Assembly: GCA_041548485.1 (NCBI GenBank)
Contig: JBFESP010000002.1
Coordinates: forward strand, 10,632 to 74,631
Source: Thermoplasmata archaeon
GTDB taxonomy: Archaea; Thermoplasmatota; Thermoplasmata; UBA10834
Length of the DNA stretch: 64,000 nucleotides
Direction of reading: 5' to 3'
The position numbers and the translations under genes are program-made. The notes under the pieces were generated by a model. The model worked only from the letters and a program-made list of their open reading frames with translations, was not told the origin of the DNA and searched no databases. Each line of letters begins with the position of its first letter. The stretch's first letter is position 1. This document shows, one piece after another, positions 29,183-40,731 of the stretch.

Positions 29183-30814
29183 ATGATGGGCCAGACACCG
29201 ATTCTGATATTGAAGGAAGGAACCAAGAGGGAGAAGGGCAAGGGTGCCCAGTTCAACAACATCACCGCGGCGAGAACCATCGCTGACTCGGTGAGAAGCA
29301 CCCTGGGCCCCAGAGGAATGGACAAGATGCTGGTGGACAGCATGGGAGATGTTGTCATCACGAACGACGGCGTGACGATTCTGAAGGAAATCGACGTCGA
29401 GCACCCCGCCGCCAAGATGCTGGTGGAAGTGGCTAAGACGCAGGATGACGAGTGCGGCGACGGTACAACGACCGCCGTGATACTCGCTGGTGAGCTACTG
29501 AAGAAGGCGGAGGCGCTGATCGAGCGGAACGTTCACCCGACGGTCATATCCGGAGGATTCAGGATGGCTGCTCAGAGGTCCAGGGACATCCTCGAGGAAC
29601 TCGCCATTAAGGTCAACCCAGACCAGAAGGAGATTCTGATGGACATCGCGAGAACAGCGATGATATCAAAGAGCGTCTCCTCGTCCAGAGACCTGCTTTC
29701 CGGCGTCGCAGTGGACGCGGTGAGCGCGGTCGCCGAGAAGAAGAGCGACGGCACATGGACCGTCGACGACGACAATATACAGGTCGTCAAGAAGCGTGGC
29801 GGATCGATGGACGACACACAGATGATTGCTGGGATAATCGTCGACAAGGAGGCGGTACACGCGGCCATGCCCAAGCGTGTGGAGAAGGCGAAGATCGCCC
29901 TGGTCGACTCGGCACTCGAGGTCAAGAAGACGGAGATTGACGCGAAGATAGAGATCACCGACCCGAGCCAGCTGCACGCGTTCCTCGACGAAGAGGAGAA
30001 CATGCTCAGGAAGATGGTCGGCATCGTCAAGAAGTCAGGCGCAAACGTGCTTTTCTGCCAGAAGGGCATAGATGACCTTGCTCAGCACTACCTATCGAAA
30101 GAGGGCGTATACGCTGTCAGGCGGGTCAAGAAGAGCGACATGGAGAAACTCGCCAAGGCGACTGGCTCCAACCTCGTGACCAAGCTCGACGACCTCAGAG
30201 CCGGGGACCTCGGCACCGCGAAGCTCGTCGAGGAGAAGAAGATCGCTGAGGACAGGATGACCTTCGTCACAGGCTGCAAGAATCCGAAGGCCGTCTCAGT
30301 GTTGATACGCGGAGGAACCGAGCACGTCATAGACGAGATTGACAGATCCCTGAACGATGCAGTGAGCGTCGTGGCAGTTGCAGTGGAGGATGGTAAGCTC
30401 GTCACAGGTGGGGGTTCAACAGCGACCGAGCTGGCACAGAGGATCAGGGATTACGCAGCGTCCGTCGGAGGCAGGGAACAGATGGCAATAGATGCCTTCG
30501 CCAGCGCACTCGAAGTGGTCCCGACGGCTCTTGCAGAGAATGCCGGTCTCGACCCGATCGATGTCCTGATTGAGCTGAGAAAAGCCCACAAGTCGGGCAA
30601 GGTCTATGCTGGAATCAATGTGCTCACCGGCAAAGTCGCCGACATGAAGAAGGAGAAGGTCTTTGAGCCTCTTCGCGTCGGCAAGCAGGGCATAAGCTCA
30701 GCAACGGACGCCGCCGTTATGATCCTCAGGATCGACGACGTCATAGCGTCGAAGGGCGGCGCCGGTGGAAAGAGCCCACAGATGCCAGACATGGGTGATG
30801 GCGGCTTCGATTGA
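29183..30814 (+). CDS. ths: Thermosome (group II chaperonin) subunit
   Basis: [27 protein letters not shown] and [10 protein letters not shown] motifs. Confidence 0.97.
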   Translation: MMGQTPILILKEGTKREKGKGAQFNNITAARTIADSVRSTLGPRGMDKMLVDSMGDVVITNDGVTILKEIDVEHPAAKMLVEVAKTQDDECGDGTTTAVILAGELLKKAEALIERNVHPTVISGGFRMAAQRSRDILEELAIKVNPDQKEILMDIARTAMISKSVSSSRDLLSGVAVDAVSAVAEKKSDGTWTVDDDNIQVVKKRGGSMDDTQMIAGIIVDKEAVHAAMPKRVEKAKIALVDSALEVKKTEIDAKIEITDPSQLHAFLDEEENMLRKMVGIVKKSGANVLFCQKGIDDLAQHYLSKEGVYAVRRVKKSDMEKLAKATGSNLVTKLDDLRAGDLGTAKLVEEKKIAEDRMTFVTGCKNPKAVSVLIRGGTEHVIDEIDRSLNDAVSVVAVAVEDGKLVTGGGSTATELAQRIRDYAASVGGREQMAIDAFASALEVVPTALAENAGLDPIDVLIELRKAHKSGKVYAGINVLTGKVADMKKEKVFEPLRVGKQGISSATDAAVMILRIDDVIASKGGAGGKSPQMPDMGDGGFD

Positions 30815-30906
30815 GCAGGCACTCCAACAAACCCCTTTTTCCTTTCAACGATGATGCGAAGTGACATCGGGCGTGGTAACAACACCCGACCTGGAGGCGA
30901 CGACTG

Positions 30907-31524
30907 ATGCCGGAGGAAACAGAGGACTCTCTTCCCTCGGAGGAAGACACACAGCCCACAGTCAGCGGCGCAGAGGAGAACGCGCCGGTGGAGGATCTTC
31001 TGACCGTGAAAGATCGGCGGATACAGGAGTTGACTGACACCCTGAAGAGGACCCAGGCTGAGTTCGAGAACTACAAGAAACGGGTGAACCGTGAGTGGTC
31101 GGAGAAGACCAAACTCGCTGGGGAACGTATCGTAGGTGACCTCCTGGCAGTCCTCGACACCTTCGACAAGGCCCTGGAGAGAACCAACGACGCGGATGAC
31201 GCCGCAGCTCAGTCGGACGGACTCGAAGGCATACGCAGACAGCTGCTTCAAACCCTGCAAAGGGCGGGCCTCAGAGAGATGGACTCTCGTGCCCCGTTCG
31301 ACCCTTTCAAGCACGAGGCGCTGATGCGCGAAGAGACGGACGACGGGGACGATGGGGTTATCCTCGAAGTGTTTCAGAAGGGCTACATGATGGGAGATAA
31401 GGTGATCAGGACCGCGAAGGTCAGAGTCTCCGCAAAGAAGAGGATGGACGAGGCCGACGCCGCCGTCGAGGCGGAAGGCGTCTCAGATCATCATGACGAT
31501 CAACACGAAGAAGAGAACGAATAG
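30907..31524 (+). CDS. grpE: Nucleotide exchange factor GrpE
   Basis: QAEFENYKKR, FDPFKHEA and QKGY...VIR.AKV motifs. Confidence 0.95.
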   Translation: MPEETEDSLPSEEDTQPTVSGAEENAPVEDLLTVKDRRIQELTDTLKRTQAEFENYKKRVNREWSEKTKLAGERIVGDLLAVLDTFDKALERTNDADDAAAQSDGLEGIRRQLLQTLQRAGLREMDSRAPFDPFKHEALMREETDDGDDGVILEVFQKGYMMGDKVIRTAKVRVSAKKRMDEADAAVEAEGVSDHHDDQHEEENE

Positions 31525-31539
31525 AAGGAGAGATTGCGT

Positions 31540-33426
31540 ATGGCAGAATCTAAGGAGAAGATCATTGGCATCGACCTGGGAACCAGCAACTCAGCTGCGG
31601 CCGTGATCGAGGGAGGAAGAGCTACGATCGTCCCGAGTGCAGAGGGCACGAGCTTGGGAGGCAAGGCGTTTCCGTCCTACGTGGCATTCACGAAAGACGG
31701 ACAGATGCTGGTAGGTGAACCGGCTAGAAGGCAGGCGGTGTCGAACCCGGAGAACACCGTCTTCGCGATCAAGCGCAAGATGGGTACGGACCACAAGACG
31801 AGAATACTGGACAAGGAGTACACCCCGCAGCAGGTATCGGCGTTCATACTTCAGAAGATAAGAAGGGATGCCGAATCCTTCCTTGGGGTCCAGGTGAAGA
31901 AGGCCGTGATAACCGTGCCCGCCTACTTCAACGACAACCAGAGGCAGGCGACGAAAGACGCTGGAGAGATTGCGGGCCTTGAGGTGGTCAGGATCATCAA
32001 CGAGCCGACGGCGGCCGCCCTGGCGTATGGTCTGGACAAATCCGAGAAGGAGCAGAAGATCATGGTCTTCGATCTAGGGGGTGGCACGCTTGATGTCACC
32101 GTCATGGATTTCGGGGATGGTGTGTTCGAAGTCATCTCCACGAACGGAGATACCCAGCTCGGCGGGACGGACATGGACAACGCGCTCGTCGCCCACATAG
32201 CCAGCGAGTTCAAAGCCGAACACGGGATAGACGTGTCCAACGACGGGATGGCGGTCCAGCGCATAAGGGAGGCGGCCGAGAAGGCGAAGATAGAGCTGTC
32301 CTCCACGATGGAGACTGAGATCAACCTTCCGTATCTAACCGCGGACGCGTCGGGTCCGAGGCACCTCGCTCTGAAGTTGACAAGGGCCAAACTCGAGGAT
32401 CTCGTGAAACCCACCGTGGACAGATGCAAGGGCCCGGTCGTGCAGGCACTCAAGGATGCCAAGCTCGAACCCGAGAAGATAGACAAGATAATACTGGTCG
32501 GCGGACCCACGAGGATGCCGATTGTCCACAGGCTCGTTGAGGACATCGTCGGCAAGAAGATCGAACGCGGAGTGGACCCCATGGAGTGCGTCGCGATGGG
32601 CGCCGCGATACAAGGCGGTGTGATAGAGGGAACCGTGAAGGACATCCTTCTGCTGGATGTTACGCCGCTTTCGCTCGGAGTCGAGACCCTCGGAGGTGTG
32701 TTCCATAAGCAGATCGAGAGGAACACGACCATCCCTACCAGGAAGAGCGAGGTGTTCTCCACAGCCGCGGACGGTCAGACGAGCGTGGAGATCCACATCC
32801 TGCAGGGTGAGCGCCCGATGGCGGTCGACAACGTGAGCCTCGGGAGATTCCACCTTATGGGCATTCCGCCGGCGCCCAGGGGCGTTCCGCAGATAGAGGT
32901 GACCTTCGACATAGACGCAAACGGGATCATAGATGTCAAGGCGAAGGACACTGGAACAGGGAAGGAGCAGAAGATCACCGTAACGGCGACGACGAAGCTT
33001 GAACAGAGCGACATTGACCGCATGATCAAGGATGCTGAAACCTATGCCGAGGAAGACCGGAGCAGGAAAGAGAACGTGGACATCAAGAACCGCGCCGAGG
33101 CGAAGGTCTACGAGGTCGAGCGCATCCTCGAGGAGACGGGCGACAAGATTCCTCAGGATTTGAAGGACAGGATCAGCAAGCTCTCCGAGGAATTGAAGAC
33201 GACTGTCGCATCAAACGACGACATTGTGGCCGTGAAGCAGAAGTTGGAGGAGCTGGAGAAGGCGCTCCTCGAGGTCGGCAAGAAAGTGTACGAGGCTGCG
33301 GCCGCAGAGCAACAGGCACCGCCGCAGCAGCCGCCGGAGGGGGGAGCTGGCTCTGATGCGGGCGACGGCGATGGTTATGTCGATGCCGAGTACAAGATAG
33401 TGGACGACGAAGAGGGGGAGAAGTAG
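31540..33426 (+). CDS. dnaK: Chaperone DnaK (Hsp70)
   Basis: [26 protein letters not shown] and [16 protein letters not shown] motifs. Confidence 0.97.
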   Translation: MAESKEKIIGIDLGTSNSAAAVIEGGRATIVPSAEGTSLGGKAFPSYVAFTKDGQMLVGEPARRQAVSNPENTVFAIKRKMGTDHKTRILDKEYTPQQVSAFILQKIRRDAESFLGVQVKKAVITVPAYFNDNQRQATKDAGEIAGLEVVRIINEPTAAALAYGLDKSEKEQKIMVFDLGGGTLDVTVMDFGDGVFEVISTNGDTQLGGTDMDNALVAHIASEFKAEHGIDVSNDGMAVQRIREAAEKAKIELSSTMETEINLPYLTADASGPRHLALKLTRAKLEDLVKPTVDRCKGPVVQALKDAKLEPEKIDKIILVGGPTRMPIVHRLVEDIVGKKIERGVDPMECVAMGAAIQGGVIEGTVKDILLLDVTPLSLGVETLGGVFHKQIERNTTIPTRKSEVFSTAADGQTSVEIHILQGERPMAVDNVSLGRFHLMGIPPAPRGVPQIEVTFDIDANGIIDVKAKDTGTGKEQKITVTATTKLEQSDIDRMIKDAETYAEEDRSRKENVDIKNRAEAKVYEVERILEETGDKIPQDLKDRISKLSEELKTTVASNDDIVAVKQKLEELEKALLEVGKKVYEAAAAEQQAPPQQPPEGGAGSDAGDGDGYVDAEYKIVDDEEGEK

Positions 33427-33513
33427 CTCTCGACCAAAACCTCTTTCATCATCTTCCCGTCTCTCCGTAGAGACAGCGGTTGCCGTCCAAGTACGCACGG
33501 ATGAGGTCTGCAG

Positions 33514-34671
33514 ATGCCATCGAAGCGAGATTACTATGATGTTCTCGGCGTTAGCAGGGACGCTGGCGTCGACGAAATCAAGAAGGCATATCGCAGGCTC
33601 GCACTCAAACACCATCCGGACAAGAACAAGGAGCGCCCCAAGGAAGCCGAGGAGAAGTTCAAGGACCTGTCCGAGGCATACGAGGTTCTGGCGGACCCAG
33701 ACAAGAGAGCCAGGTACGACCAGTACGGCCACTCTGGTGTCGAGAGCACCTTCCGAGGTGGAGGGTTCGATTGGTCTGACTTCACACACTTCGAGGACAT
33801 CAGCGACATATTCGGGGGATCCTCCGGATTCGGCTTCGGAGGCAGCATATTCGAGCAGTTCTTCGGAGGGAGACCCAGGTCGGGTCCGCGCGAGGGACGT
33901 TCGCTTAGGTATGACATCGAGATATCGCTCCTGGATGCCGCTTCCGGCGCCGAGAAGGAATTGAGAATCCCCCATTCAGTACAGTGCAAGTCGTGCGAAG
34001 GACAAGGAGCCAAAGCGGAAGACATCAAGACCTGCTCGACATGCAGCGGAGCAGGCCAGGTGAGACGAGGGCAGACCCGCGGAAACACCAGCTTCGTCTC
34101 GATAGCGGCCTGCCCGACGTGCAGGGGCTCTGGCAGGCAGATCACCAAACCTTGCACAACATGCAGCGGCGCTGGCGCCACAGACACGACGAGCACAATC
34201 AAAGTCTCCATCCCCAGGGGAGCCGAGGAGGGGATGAGACTGAGGATCAGAGGGGCTGGCGAAGCAAGCGCGGAGGGAGGAGCTCCGGGTGACCTATTCA
34301 TCGTGATCCACATAGCCCCGCACGAACTCTTCGAAAGAGACGGAGGAGACCTCTACATCGACGCACCGATCTCCTTCTCTGAAGCCGCCTTGGGGGGGAA
34401 GATCCAAGTCCCGACACTCGACGGTTCAGCGCTGGTCACGATCCCACCGGGAACACAGACCGGTACGGTCTTTCGCTTGAAGGGGAAAGGGATGCCGGAC
34501 ATTCGGGGCCGCGGAAGCGGGGACGAATTCGTTAGGGTGCAAGTGATGACACCCACGAAACTCAACTCTGAGCAGAAAGAGATGCTACGAAGATTCTCTG
34601 AATCGGTCGGTCAATACGGGAAGACCGGTGCCAGGAAGATGCGGTTCTCGGACTTCCGGAAGAAGTCCTAG
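33514..34671 (+). CDS. dnaJ: Chaperone DnaJ
   Basis: J-domain HPD, G/F-rich region, 4x CxxCxGxG. Confidence 0.96.
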   Translation: MPSKRDYYDVLGVSRDAGVDEIKKAYRRLALKHHPDKNKERPKEAEEKFKDLSEAYEVLADPDKRARYDQYGHSGVESTFRGGGFDWSDFTHFEDISDIFGGSSGFGFGGSIFEQFFGGRPRSGPREGRSLRYDIEISLLDAASGAEKELRIPHSVQCKSCEGQGAKAEDIKTCSTCSGAGQVRRGQTRGNTSFVSIAACPTCRGSGRQITKPCTTCSGAGATDTTSTIKVSIPRGAEEGMRLRIRGAGEASAEGGAPGDLFIVIHIAPHELFERDGGDLYIDAPISFSEAALGGKIQVPTLDGSALVTIPPGTQTGTVFRLKGKGMPDIRGRGSGDEFVRVQVMTPTKLNSEQKEMLRRFSESVGQYGKTGARKMRFSDFRKKS

Positions 34672-34712
34672 ATGAAAACATATTTATCGACTGCAATCAG
34701 AATCTCCACCAG

Positions 34713-35468
34713 ATGAGAGTCGTTGGAATCCTCACCGATGATTCGAGGGTGTATTTCGAGATCTTGACAGCTCTGCGTTCTGAAGGGTTGAAGCACGTAT
34801 CCCTGGAATTCTCAGAGCCGTTGCCGACCGACGTTGCCGTGATAGTGTCGACGGAGGGTGAGAGGCATCGGATACCGTTTGAAAAGATCGTCACACACCC
34901 AGACACTGACGTCGCGATGGAGGAGGTTAGGAGCATCCTGGCAGGGGACAAGGACCTGACGACGGTGGTCATTGGAATCGACCCGGGGAACAGGCCGGGA
35001 ATCGTCGCCGTTGCGAGTGACGGAACGACTCTGATGAGGATGCAGGCAAGTGATCCAGAGGGAGTGCAGCCACTCGTCGGCGAGGTGGCTAACAGGTACC
35101 CGTCCTCCAGGCTAGTGGTCCGCATCGGCAACGGAGATCGTACAAACAGGAACAGGATATTCAACATGCTCTGGGATTGCGGCTACTCGGTCGAGATCGT
35201 CGACGAGCGGAACACGACGAAACGGTCGAAGACGCCCGACGAAGATGCTGCGTACGAAATCGCGCTGATGCCGGGTTACGCTCCGAGGAGTCGGCAGGAG
35301 GTAGCCCCACAGCCGGGCGAGATACGCAACATACAACGACTGAGTAGGCTGCGGAGCGAAGGAGAGCTGACCGTTTCAAGGGAGCTCGCGGAGGCGGTCG
35401 CCTCAGGCAGAATATCCATGGAAGAGGCGATAGTCGAACAGAGGAGGCTCGGGGCGAGTGGGCGCTAG
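34713..35468 (+). CDS. YqgF/RuvC-like RNase H-fold protein
   Basis: VIGIDPG, IVDERNTT and DEDAA..IA acidic motifs. Confidence 0.6.
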   Translation: MRVVGILTDDSRVYFEILTALRSEGLKHVSLEFSEPLPTDVAVIVSTEGERHRIPFEKIVTHPDTDVAMEEVRSILAGDKDLTTVVIGIDPGNRPGIVAVASDGTTLMRMQASDPEGVQPLVGEVANRYPSSRLVVRIGNGDRTNRNRIFNMLWDCGYSVEIVDERNTTKRSKTPDEDAAYEIALMPGYAPRSRQEVAPQPGEIRNIQRLSRLRSEGELTVSRELAEAVASGRISMEEAIVEQRRLGASGR

Positions 35469-36424
35469 AACAGGTGGTCGTCCGTGACTCTGGCGCATCC
35501 CCCGACGCTGCACTCGATCGTCTCTATTCCGAGCCGTCGAATCCTGTCTCTCACGACAGGGACGATCTCGGGAGATGTGTTGACGTAGACCGTGGCGCCG
35601 GTGTCGATAGAGAAATGAGCCTGTATACCCTCGCTGCGCATCTTCTTCACTTCGAGAATCACACTGACTGTCTCTGGCCGCCACAGTATGAGTTCTTCTA
35701 GACCGGTCATCGTAATGCCGTGAAGAATGAGCGAATCCTTCTCCGCGAGTTCACCCAGGCGGATGCGGTCTCTTCGCCTTATGGCGCTCTGCATCTCGGC
35801 TATCGCCCCATGAATGTAGGCGAGCCTCGAATGGAAGAACGGCGACGCCAGGACATCCTTGTGGGCGTCGTCTGTGAGCTTGTGCGCTGGAATCAGCGCC
35901 ACGACGATGCCCATCTGGAACTCCTCGGAGGCGATCTGGTAGGAATAGGACTCCTCGTCGTCGTGACCAGTTCGCCACAGTGAGAACGCCCCCGTGACTG
36001 ATCTCGCCGCGGATCCCGCCCCCCTTCTGGCGATCGTCGACATCTCCTCGAGAGAGAGTTCGAGCCCAGCAGCCGAACACGCCGCCACTGAAAGCGCAGC
36101 AAACCCCGACGCAGAGGCTCCGAGGCCGACGTTGGACGGGAAGTTGTTCTTCGACTCCATTCTGAAGCTGCTCTCGACGCCGCTCCTTCGCCTCACCTCA
36201 TCAACGACAGACTGGATCCGCTCCATCTCCCTCTGGGAAGCCGCCTTCCCGTCGATCGTCGCGGAATCACCGGCGACACCGACGAACTCGATCGTCGTGT
36301 GCGTCTCCGTCGGGGCGGTGGCAACAGATATGGAATCGTGGAACGGTATTCGCAGACGCTCGTCCTTCAGCCCATGGTACTTGATGAGCCCCTGGATAGG
36401 ATGTGCCTTTGCGGACGATTTCAC
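35465..36424 (-). CDS. mvaD: (Phospho)mevalonate decarboxylase, haloarchaeal-type (GHMP family)
   Basis: KAHPIQGLIKYHG, PFHDSISV, GLGASASGFAAL, ARRGAGSAARS and FSIDTGATVYVN motifs. Confidence 0.88.
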   Translation of the reverse strand: MKSSAKAHPIQGLIKYHGLKDERLRIPFHDSISVATAPTETHTTIEFVGVAGDSATIDGKAASQREMERIQSVVDEVRRRSGVESSFRMESKNNFPSNVGLGASASGFAALSVAACSAAGLELSLEEMSTIARRGAGSAARSVTGAFSLWRTGHDDEESYSYQIASEEFQMGIVVALIPAHKLTDDAHKDVLASPFFHSRLAYIHGAIAEMQSAIRRRDRIRLGELAEKDSLILHGITMTGLEELILWRPETVSVILEVKKMRSEGIQAHFSIDTGATVYVNTSPEIVPVVRDRIRRLGIETIECSVGGCARVTDDHLF

Positions 36425-36433
36425 AGTAACACC

Positions 36434-36838
36434 TCACACGTCGAACAGGATGGTCAGAGTCTTGCCCTCGTTATCGATCACAAGATTATGATATGTGACT
36501 CCTTTAACAACCGATCGCTTGGGATGGCGTGACGGGTCAAACTGCTCCCCTCTGGCAATCGCCTCGAGATTCAGTCCCGTCACCTCCACTTCGAACTCCT
36601 TGAACACGTAGTTGTCGGTGTCGTGGAGAAACAAGAGTTCCTGCAGGAAATCTACCAGGAGCTGTTCCTCGCTGTCTGCGCTGATAACCACCTTCACCTC
36701 GCCTACGGTCTCCACCGTCGAAACGTCGGTCATCAGGTCGAACAGAGCGAATGCGGCGTTAGCGAACCTCGCCGAAATCGTCTCGCCGAAGGCCTCGACC
36801 AGTGCATCGGCCGTGTGGTCCAGAAGTCGATACCTCAT
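36434..36838 (-). CDS. Archease (RtcB activator)
   Basis: DHTAD at the N-terminus, VKGVTYH, and terminal FDV. Confidence 0.93.
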   Translation of the reverse strand: MRYRLLDHTADALVEAFGETISARFANAAFALFDLMTDVSTVETVGEVKVVISADSEEQLLVDFLQELLFLHDTDNYVFKEFEVEVTGLNLEAIARGEQFDPSRHPKRSVVKGVTYHNLVIDNEGKTLTILFDV

Positions 36839-36866
36839 CTATCTGGAAAGAGAAGTCGCCAGTATA

Positions 36867-37547
36867 TCAAGGCTGTGCCATCTTGGATACTCCGTGGTAC
36901 GCACACAGCCTCGACAACTCACAAACGTCGCAGAGCGGGGTCAGGGCCTTGCACCTTCTTCTGCCGTGCTCAATCAGGTTCAGGTGCATGCTGTAGTACT
37001 CCTTCCCCGGAACGAGCGCCTCGAGTTCCTTCTGCGCCTTCTCCCTTGTGGCGCGAAGGCTAAGAAGACCTAGGCGTCCGCTAACTCGATGGACATGCGT
37101 ATCAACAGGGAAGACCGGTTTCCCGAACGAGAAGAGAAGCACGATTGCCGCAGTCTTGGGGCCGACGCCATCGATCGACGACAGCCATTCGGTCGCCTCC
37201 TTGGCCGGCATCTGGGAGAGGAAGGAGAGTTCTAGACTGCCAGCCTCCTCCATGACACGGCCCAGGGCACTAACAATCCTCCTCGCCTTGATGTCTGCAA
37301 GGCCACCTGACCTTATTACCGATGCGATCTCTGAAGGGTCCGCGTCCAGCAATGTCTCCCAGTCCGGGTATCGCTCCTTCAACCTCTCGAACGCTCTGTG
37401 TGAATTCACGTCACTCGTGTTTTGCGAAAGTATCGTCCCAACAAGCGTATCCAACGGGTCCGCGTTGGAGCGGCGCGATTTGCGACCGTACGCCAGCGTG
37501 AGTGCAGAGTTCACCTCATTCGCCTTCTTCCGCAGCGCATCCGACAT
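36867..37547 (-). CDS. nth: Endonuclease III
   Basis: ILSQNTSD, GVGPKTA, FPVDTHV.R and C-x6-C-x2-C-x5-C motifs. Confidence 0.92.
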   Translation of the reverse strand: MSDALRKKANEVNSALTLAYGRKSRRSNADPLDTLVGTILSQNTSDVNSHRAFERLKERYPDWETLLDADPSEIASVIRSGGLADIKARRIVSALGRVMEEAGSLELSFLSQMPAKEATEWLSSIDGVGPKTAAIVLLFSFGKPVFPVDTHVHRVSGRLGLLSLRATREKAQKELEALVPGKEYYSMHLNLIEHGRRRCKALTPLCDVCELSRLCAYHGVSKMAQP

Positions 37548-37679
37548 CGACAACGGTCACCTCGACGGGCATGGTCGCGGTCGGACAAATAAGATGCGGA
37601 CGAGCGTCGTCGACTTGAGGGCTCCACGGGACGGCGCGAACACGGAAGGATTTATATCGCTCCAGCCAATCATTCGCCC

Positions 37680-38486
37680 GTGAACATCTGCGTGATCGGC
37701 TGCGGCGCTATCGGAATCGCCATAGCCCGGGCTGTTGAAGACATCCCGAGCATTGCGAACGTGTACCTGACGGACAGGTCTAAGGAGTGTGCAACGCTGC
37801 TTCAGGACAAGCTGATTAAGGTCAAGTATGTCCCGGACATCGTGCCAATAATCGGGGACATACGATTGGTTGTCGAAGCCGCAAGCCAGGATGCCGCCAG
37901 ATACTACATACCCCTTGCGCTCTCTGCTGGAGTCGATGTGCTCATCATGAGCGTTGGAGTTCTTCACGACGAATCATTCCGGGATGACATCTACCGGCTG
38001 GCTGAAAGAAAGGGTGGAAAGATTTACGTTCCCAGCGGAGCTGTAGGAGGGATAGACGCTCTATCTGCTGCCAAGCTAGAGGATATCGAAGAAGTAACCC
38101 TCACGACGACGAAACCTCCTTCGGCGTTCGGGAACAGCGAATACCTGAAATCCATAGGGATTGTCCCGTCCGACGTGCGCGTCAGGACACAGGTCTTCGA
38201 GGGATCGGCCAAGGAGGCTGTGAGACACTTTCCCCAGAACATCAATGTGGCTGCGACAATAGCCCTGGCAGGCGTCGGCTTCGACAAGACTCTGATCAAG
38301 ATCGTATGCGACCCGCAGGTGAAGACGAATGAACACCACCTCCAAGCGAGAGGTAGGTTCGGCGAGATTGACGTCGTCACGAGAAACGTGCCATCCCCGC
38401 GGAACCCGAAGACTAGCTACCTGGCGGCCCTATCAGCCATATCGGCGATCGAGAAGATCGTCGGGGTGAAGTGGATAGGAGCATAG
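37680..38486 (+). CDS. nadX: L-aspartate dehydrogenase
   Basis: IGCGAIG, VVEAASQ, SGAVGGID, FPQNINVAA and NPKTSYLAALS motifs. Confidence 0.93.
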   Translation: MNICVIGCGAIGIAIARAVEDIPSIANVYLTDRSKECATLLQDKLIKVKYVPDIVPIIGDIRLVVEAASQDAARYYIPLALSAGVDVLIMSVGVLHDESFRDDIYRLAERKGGKIYVPSGAVGGIDALSAAKLEDIEEVTLTTTKPPSAFGNSEYLKSIGIVPSDVRVRTQVFEGSAKEAVRHFPQNINVAATIALAGVGFDKTLIKIVCDPQVKTNEHHLQARGRFGEIDVVTRNVPSPRNPKTSYLAALSAISAIEKIVGVKWIGA

Positions 38487-38534
38487 CCGCATCATTTCTT
38501 TATACACTGAGCTGCATCCTGGACGAGTGGTCCT

Positions 38535-39620
38535 GTGGCGACAAAGGAGAGATGGATATTCTCGTCCATGAAAAAAGACGTCGACGCGGTCGTCCTCATG
38601 AACGCCGTCGAGCCCAACCTGGATTGCAGCTTCTTCTATGCCACAGGGATTCCTAACGGGCTTTTTGAGGGCTGTTTGGCAATCATCCGACCTTCTGGGC
38701 TTGAAGTGCTCACCTCTGAATTAGAGGCCTTGAGCGCCCAGGAGGCAGGTGTGAAGACGCGAGTGTTCGAGAACGGCGACGAACGCATGAAACTGATGAA
38801 ACGCAGATTGTCACGCTTCAAGCGGATAGGAATCAACTCCAGGGAACTCACTCTGGCCAATCACAGGCTCATAAAGAGGGCCTGCGGGAAAGCGAGACTG
38901 GTGGACGTCTCCGAGGACCTGTTCGGGGCAAGGATGATCAAGCAACCGGATGAGGTCAGACGCATTTCCAGAGCGTGCAAAATAGCGTCCGAGGTGGGCA
39001 GATCCATCCCGACCTTCGTTTCGGAAGGTATGCTCGAAACTGAAGCAGCAGCCGAGATCAGTTACAGGATGATGCGTCTTGGGGCGGCGGGACCGGCCTT
39101 CACGACTGTGGCTGCATTCGGTGCCAAGAGCGCTGAACCGCATTACACACCTTCGAAGAGAAGGCTCAGGAAGGGGAATCTCGCGCTTTTCGATTTCGGA
39201 GCGTCTTTCGAGAGGTACGTCTCGGACATAACCCGGACTTTCGTGTGCGGGACACCTAGCAGGAGACAGAAGGAGATGCACGAGGTCGTCCTGAGAGCGC
39301 AAGAAGAGGCGTTGGACTTGATCGGGGACGGCGTCCATGGCGAAGATGTCGACGATGCAGCCAGGAATGTGATCGACGCCAGCAAGTTCAAGGGCTGCTT
39401 CGTACACAGCACAGGCCATGGCCTGGGCATATCGGTCCACGACCCCGGGTCGATATCCTCAGCCAGAGACATGGTCCTGCGCGAGGGCATGGTCCTCACA
39501 GTCGAACCTGGCGCGTACATCGCTGGCTTTGGCGGTGTCAGGATTGAAGACGACGTTCTTGTGACAAAGAACGGCTGCAAGCCGCTCACCGCATGCCCTA
39601 AGGGTCTCAGGCGCATCTAG
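38535..39620 (+). CDS. pepQ: Xaa-Pro dipeptidase/aminopeptidase (M24)
   Basis: DFGA..Y.SDITRT, HSTGHGLG..VHD, TVEPGAY and GVRIEDD motifs. Confidence 0.9.
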   Translation: MATKERWIFSSMKKDVDAVVLMNAVEPNLDCSFFYATGIPNGLFEGCLAIIRPSGLEVLTSELEALSAQEAGVKTRVFENGDERMKLMKRRLSRFKRIGINSRELTLANHRLIKRACGKARLVDVSEDLFGARMIKQPDEVRRISRACKIASEVGRSIPTFVSEGMLETEAAAEISYRMMRLGAAGPAFTTVAAFGAKSAEPHYTPSKRRLRKGNLALFDFGASFERYVSDITRTFVCGTPSRRQKEMHEVVLRAQEEALDLIGDGVHGEDVDDAARNVIDASKFKGCFVHSTGHGLGISVHDPGSISSARDMVLREGMVLTVEPGAYIAGFGGVRIEDDVLVTKNGCKPLTACPKGLRRI

Positions 39621-40000
39621 ACGATCGACGGAAGGCTCAGATCGAGAAGGGCGTCCATGAGGGCATCGATCATGAATATCAGCGTCACACCTATCAGTGA
39701 TACGATCATTGATGCCAGCCAGTCATCTGAGACCGCCAGCTCCTCGACCAAGACGAATCTTACGACCACCACGAGGATGACGAAGGACAGTAGGAGCATC
39801 AAATCGGAGAAGACGTGTTCCCTGCTCATGTTGCTCACCGCAGTGACGACGAATACGAAGACGAGCGTGACGATCAACAACCGCAAGAAATGCTCAGGAC
39901 CTGCGGACCAGTCCTGAGCGACCACAGCTGCGCTGGCATAGAAGACGAGCAGGACGACCATCACCGCCACCAAGAGCAGCCCTAATTCTACCGCGTCCAT
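39617..40000 (-). CDS. Small integral membrane protein (4 TM)
   Basis: Four hydrophobic segments. ATG at 40000. Confidence 0.65.
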   Translation of the reverse strand: MDAVELGLLLVAVMVVLLVFYASAAVVAQDWSAGPEHFLRLLIVTLVFVFVVTAVSNMSREHVFSDLMLLLSFVILVVVVRFVLVEELAVSDDWLASMIVSLIGVTLIFMIDALMDALLDLSLPSIV

Positions 40001-40032
40001 AGCAGAACCGAATCTCGTCAGAGAACTTATCT

Positions 40033-40626
40033 CTATCCCTTTTTCTGCCTGCCTCTCGGGATTGCGATGATCTCTCGGACTTCCATGTTGAAGAACGAAT
40101 TCGCGTGCGCGGGCCTGACCACGCAGGCAGTATCGGCCCCTTCCCCGGTGCCTCCGATGACAGCAACCTCGAAATTGCCACACGGAATCGCCCCATTATC
40201 CGCTGCCATGACCGCCACCTCCACACACACCTTCAGTCCCTGCCCGAACAGCGATCTGAGCGCTTCGGATATCGCCTCGACCCGAGATGACCCGCCAAGC
40301 TTACGGGTCACTGATCGCTCCAAACCTGAGAGGGCGTGAGAAGACCTCACGACCCTGGCTCCTGACTGTGTGAGCCTCTCATAGGTCTTGTCATCCATAT
40401 CCACGACGCCCTCTCCGGAGAATCCTGCGTGGGAAGTGACGACCACAATCCGGACATCTGAGCCAGCGAATCTAGACAGAACCTTGAAGGCGGTCTCGCC
40501 GGAATTACTTGCCACGACGACGTGTCCTATTCCTGTTCGTCTCAAACATCGCCCCACAGCATCGAGAACCGCGTCCGTGTTCTCCTTGCCAGGCCGATCG
40601 AAATAGACTACCTCCGATACAGCCAT
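40033..40626 (-). CDS. Pyruvate kinase C-terminal-like protein (COG1751/MTH1675 family)
   Basis: YFDRPGKENT, VVASNSGETA, FGQGLKVCVE..MAADNG and GGTGEGADTA motifs. Confidence 0.85.
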   Translation of the reverse strand: MAVSEVVYFDRPGKENTDAVLDAVGRCLRRTGIGHVVVASNSGETAFKVLSRFAGSDVRIVVVTSHAGFSGEGVVDMDDKTYERLTQSGARVVRSSHALSGLERSVTRKLGGSSRVEAISEALRSLFGQGLKVCVEVAVMAADNGAIPCGNFEVAVIGGTGEGADTACVVRPAHANSFFNMEVREIIAIPRGRQKKG

Positions 40627-40731
40627 GTCATCCCGGACCATAAAATGTGGTACCCCTAAATAAAAATGTCGCCAGGAACGATTCGGCAAGACTCGGAAAG
40701 CATTATTTACGCTTATCAGGTTCAAGGGGAC

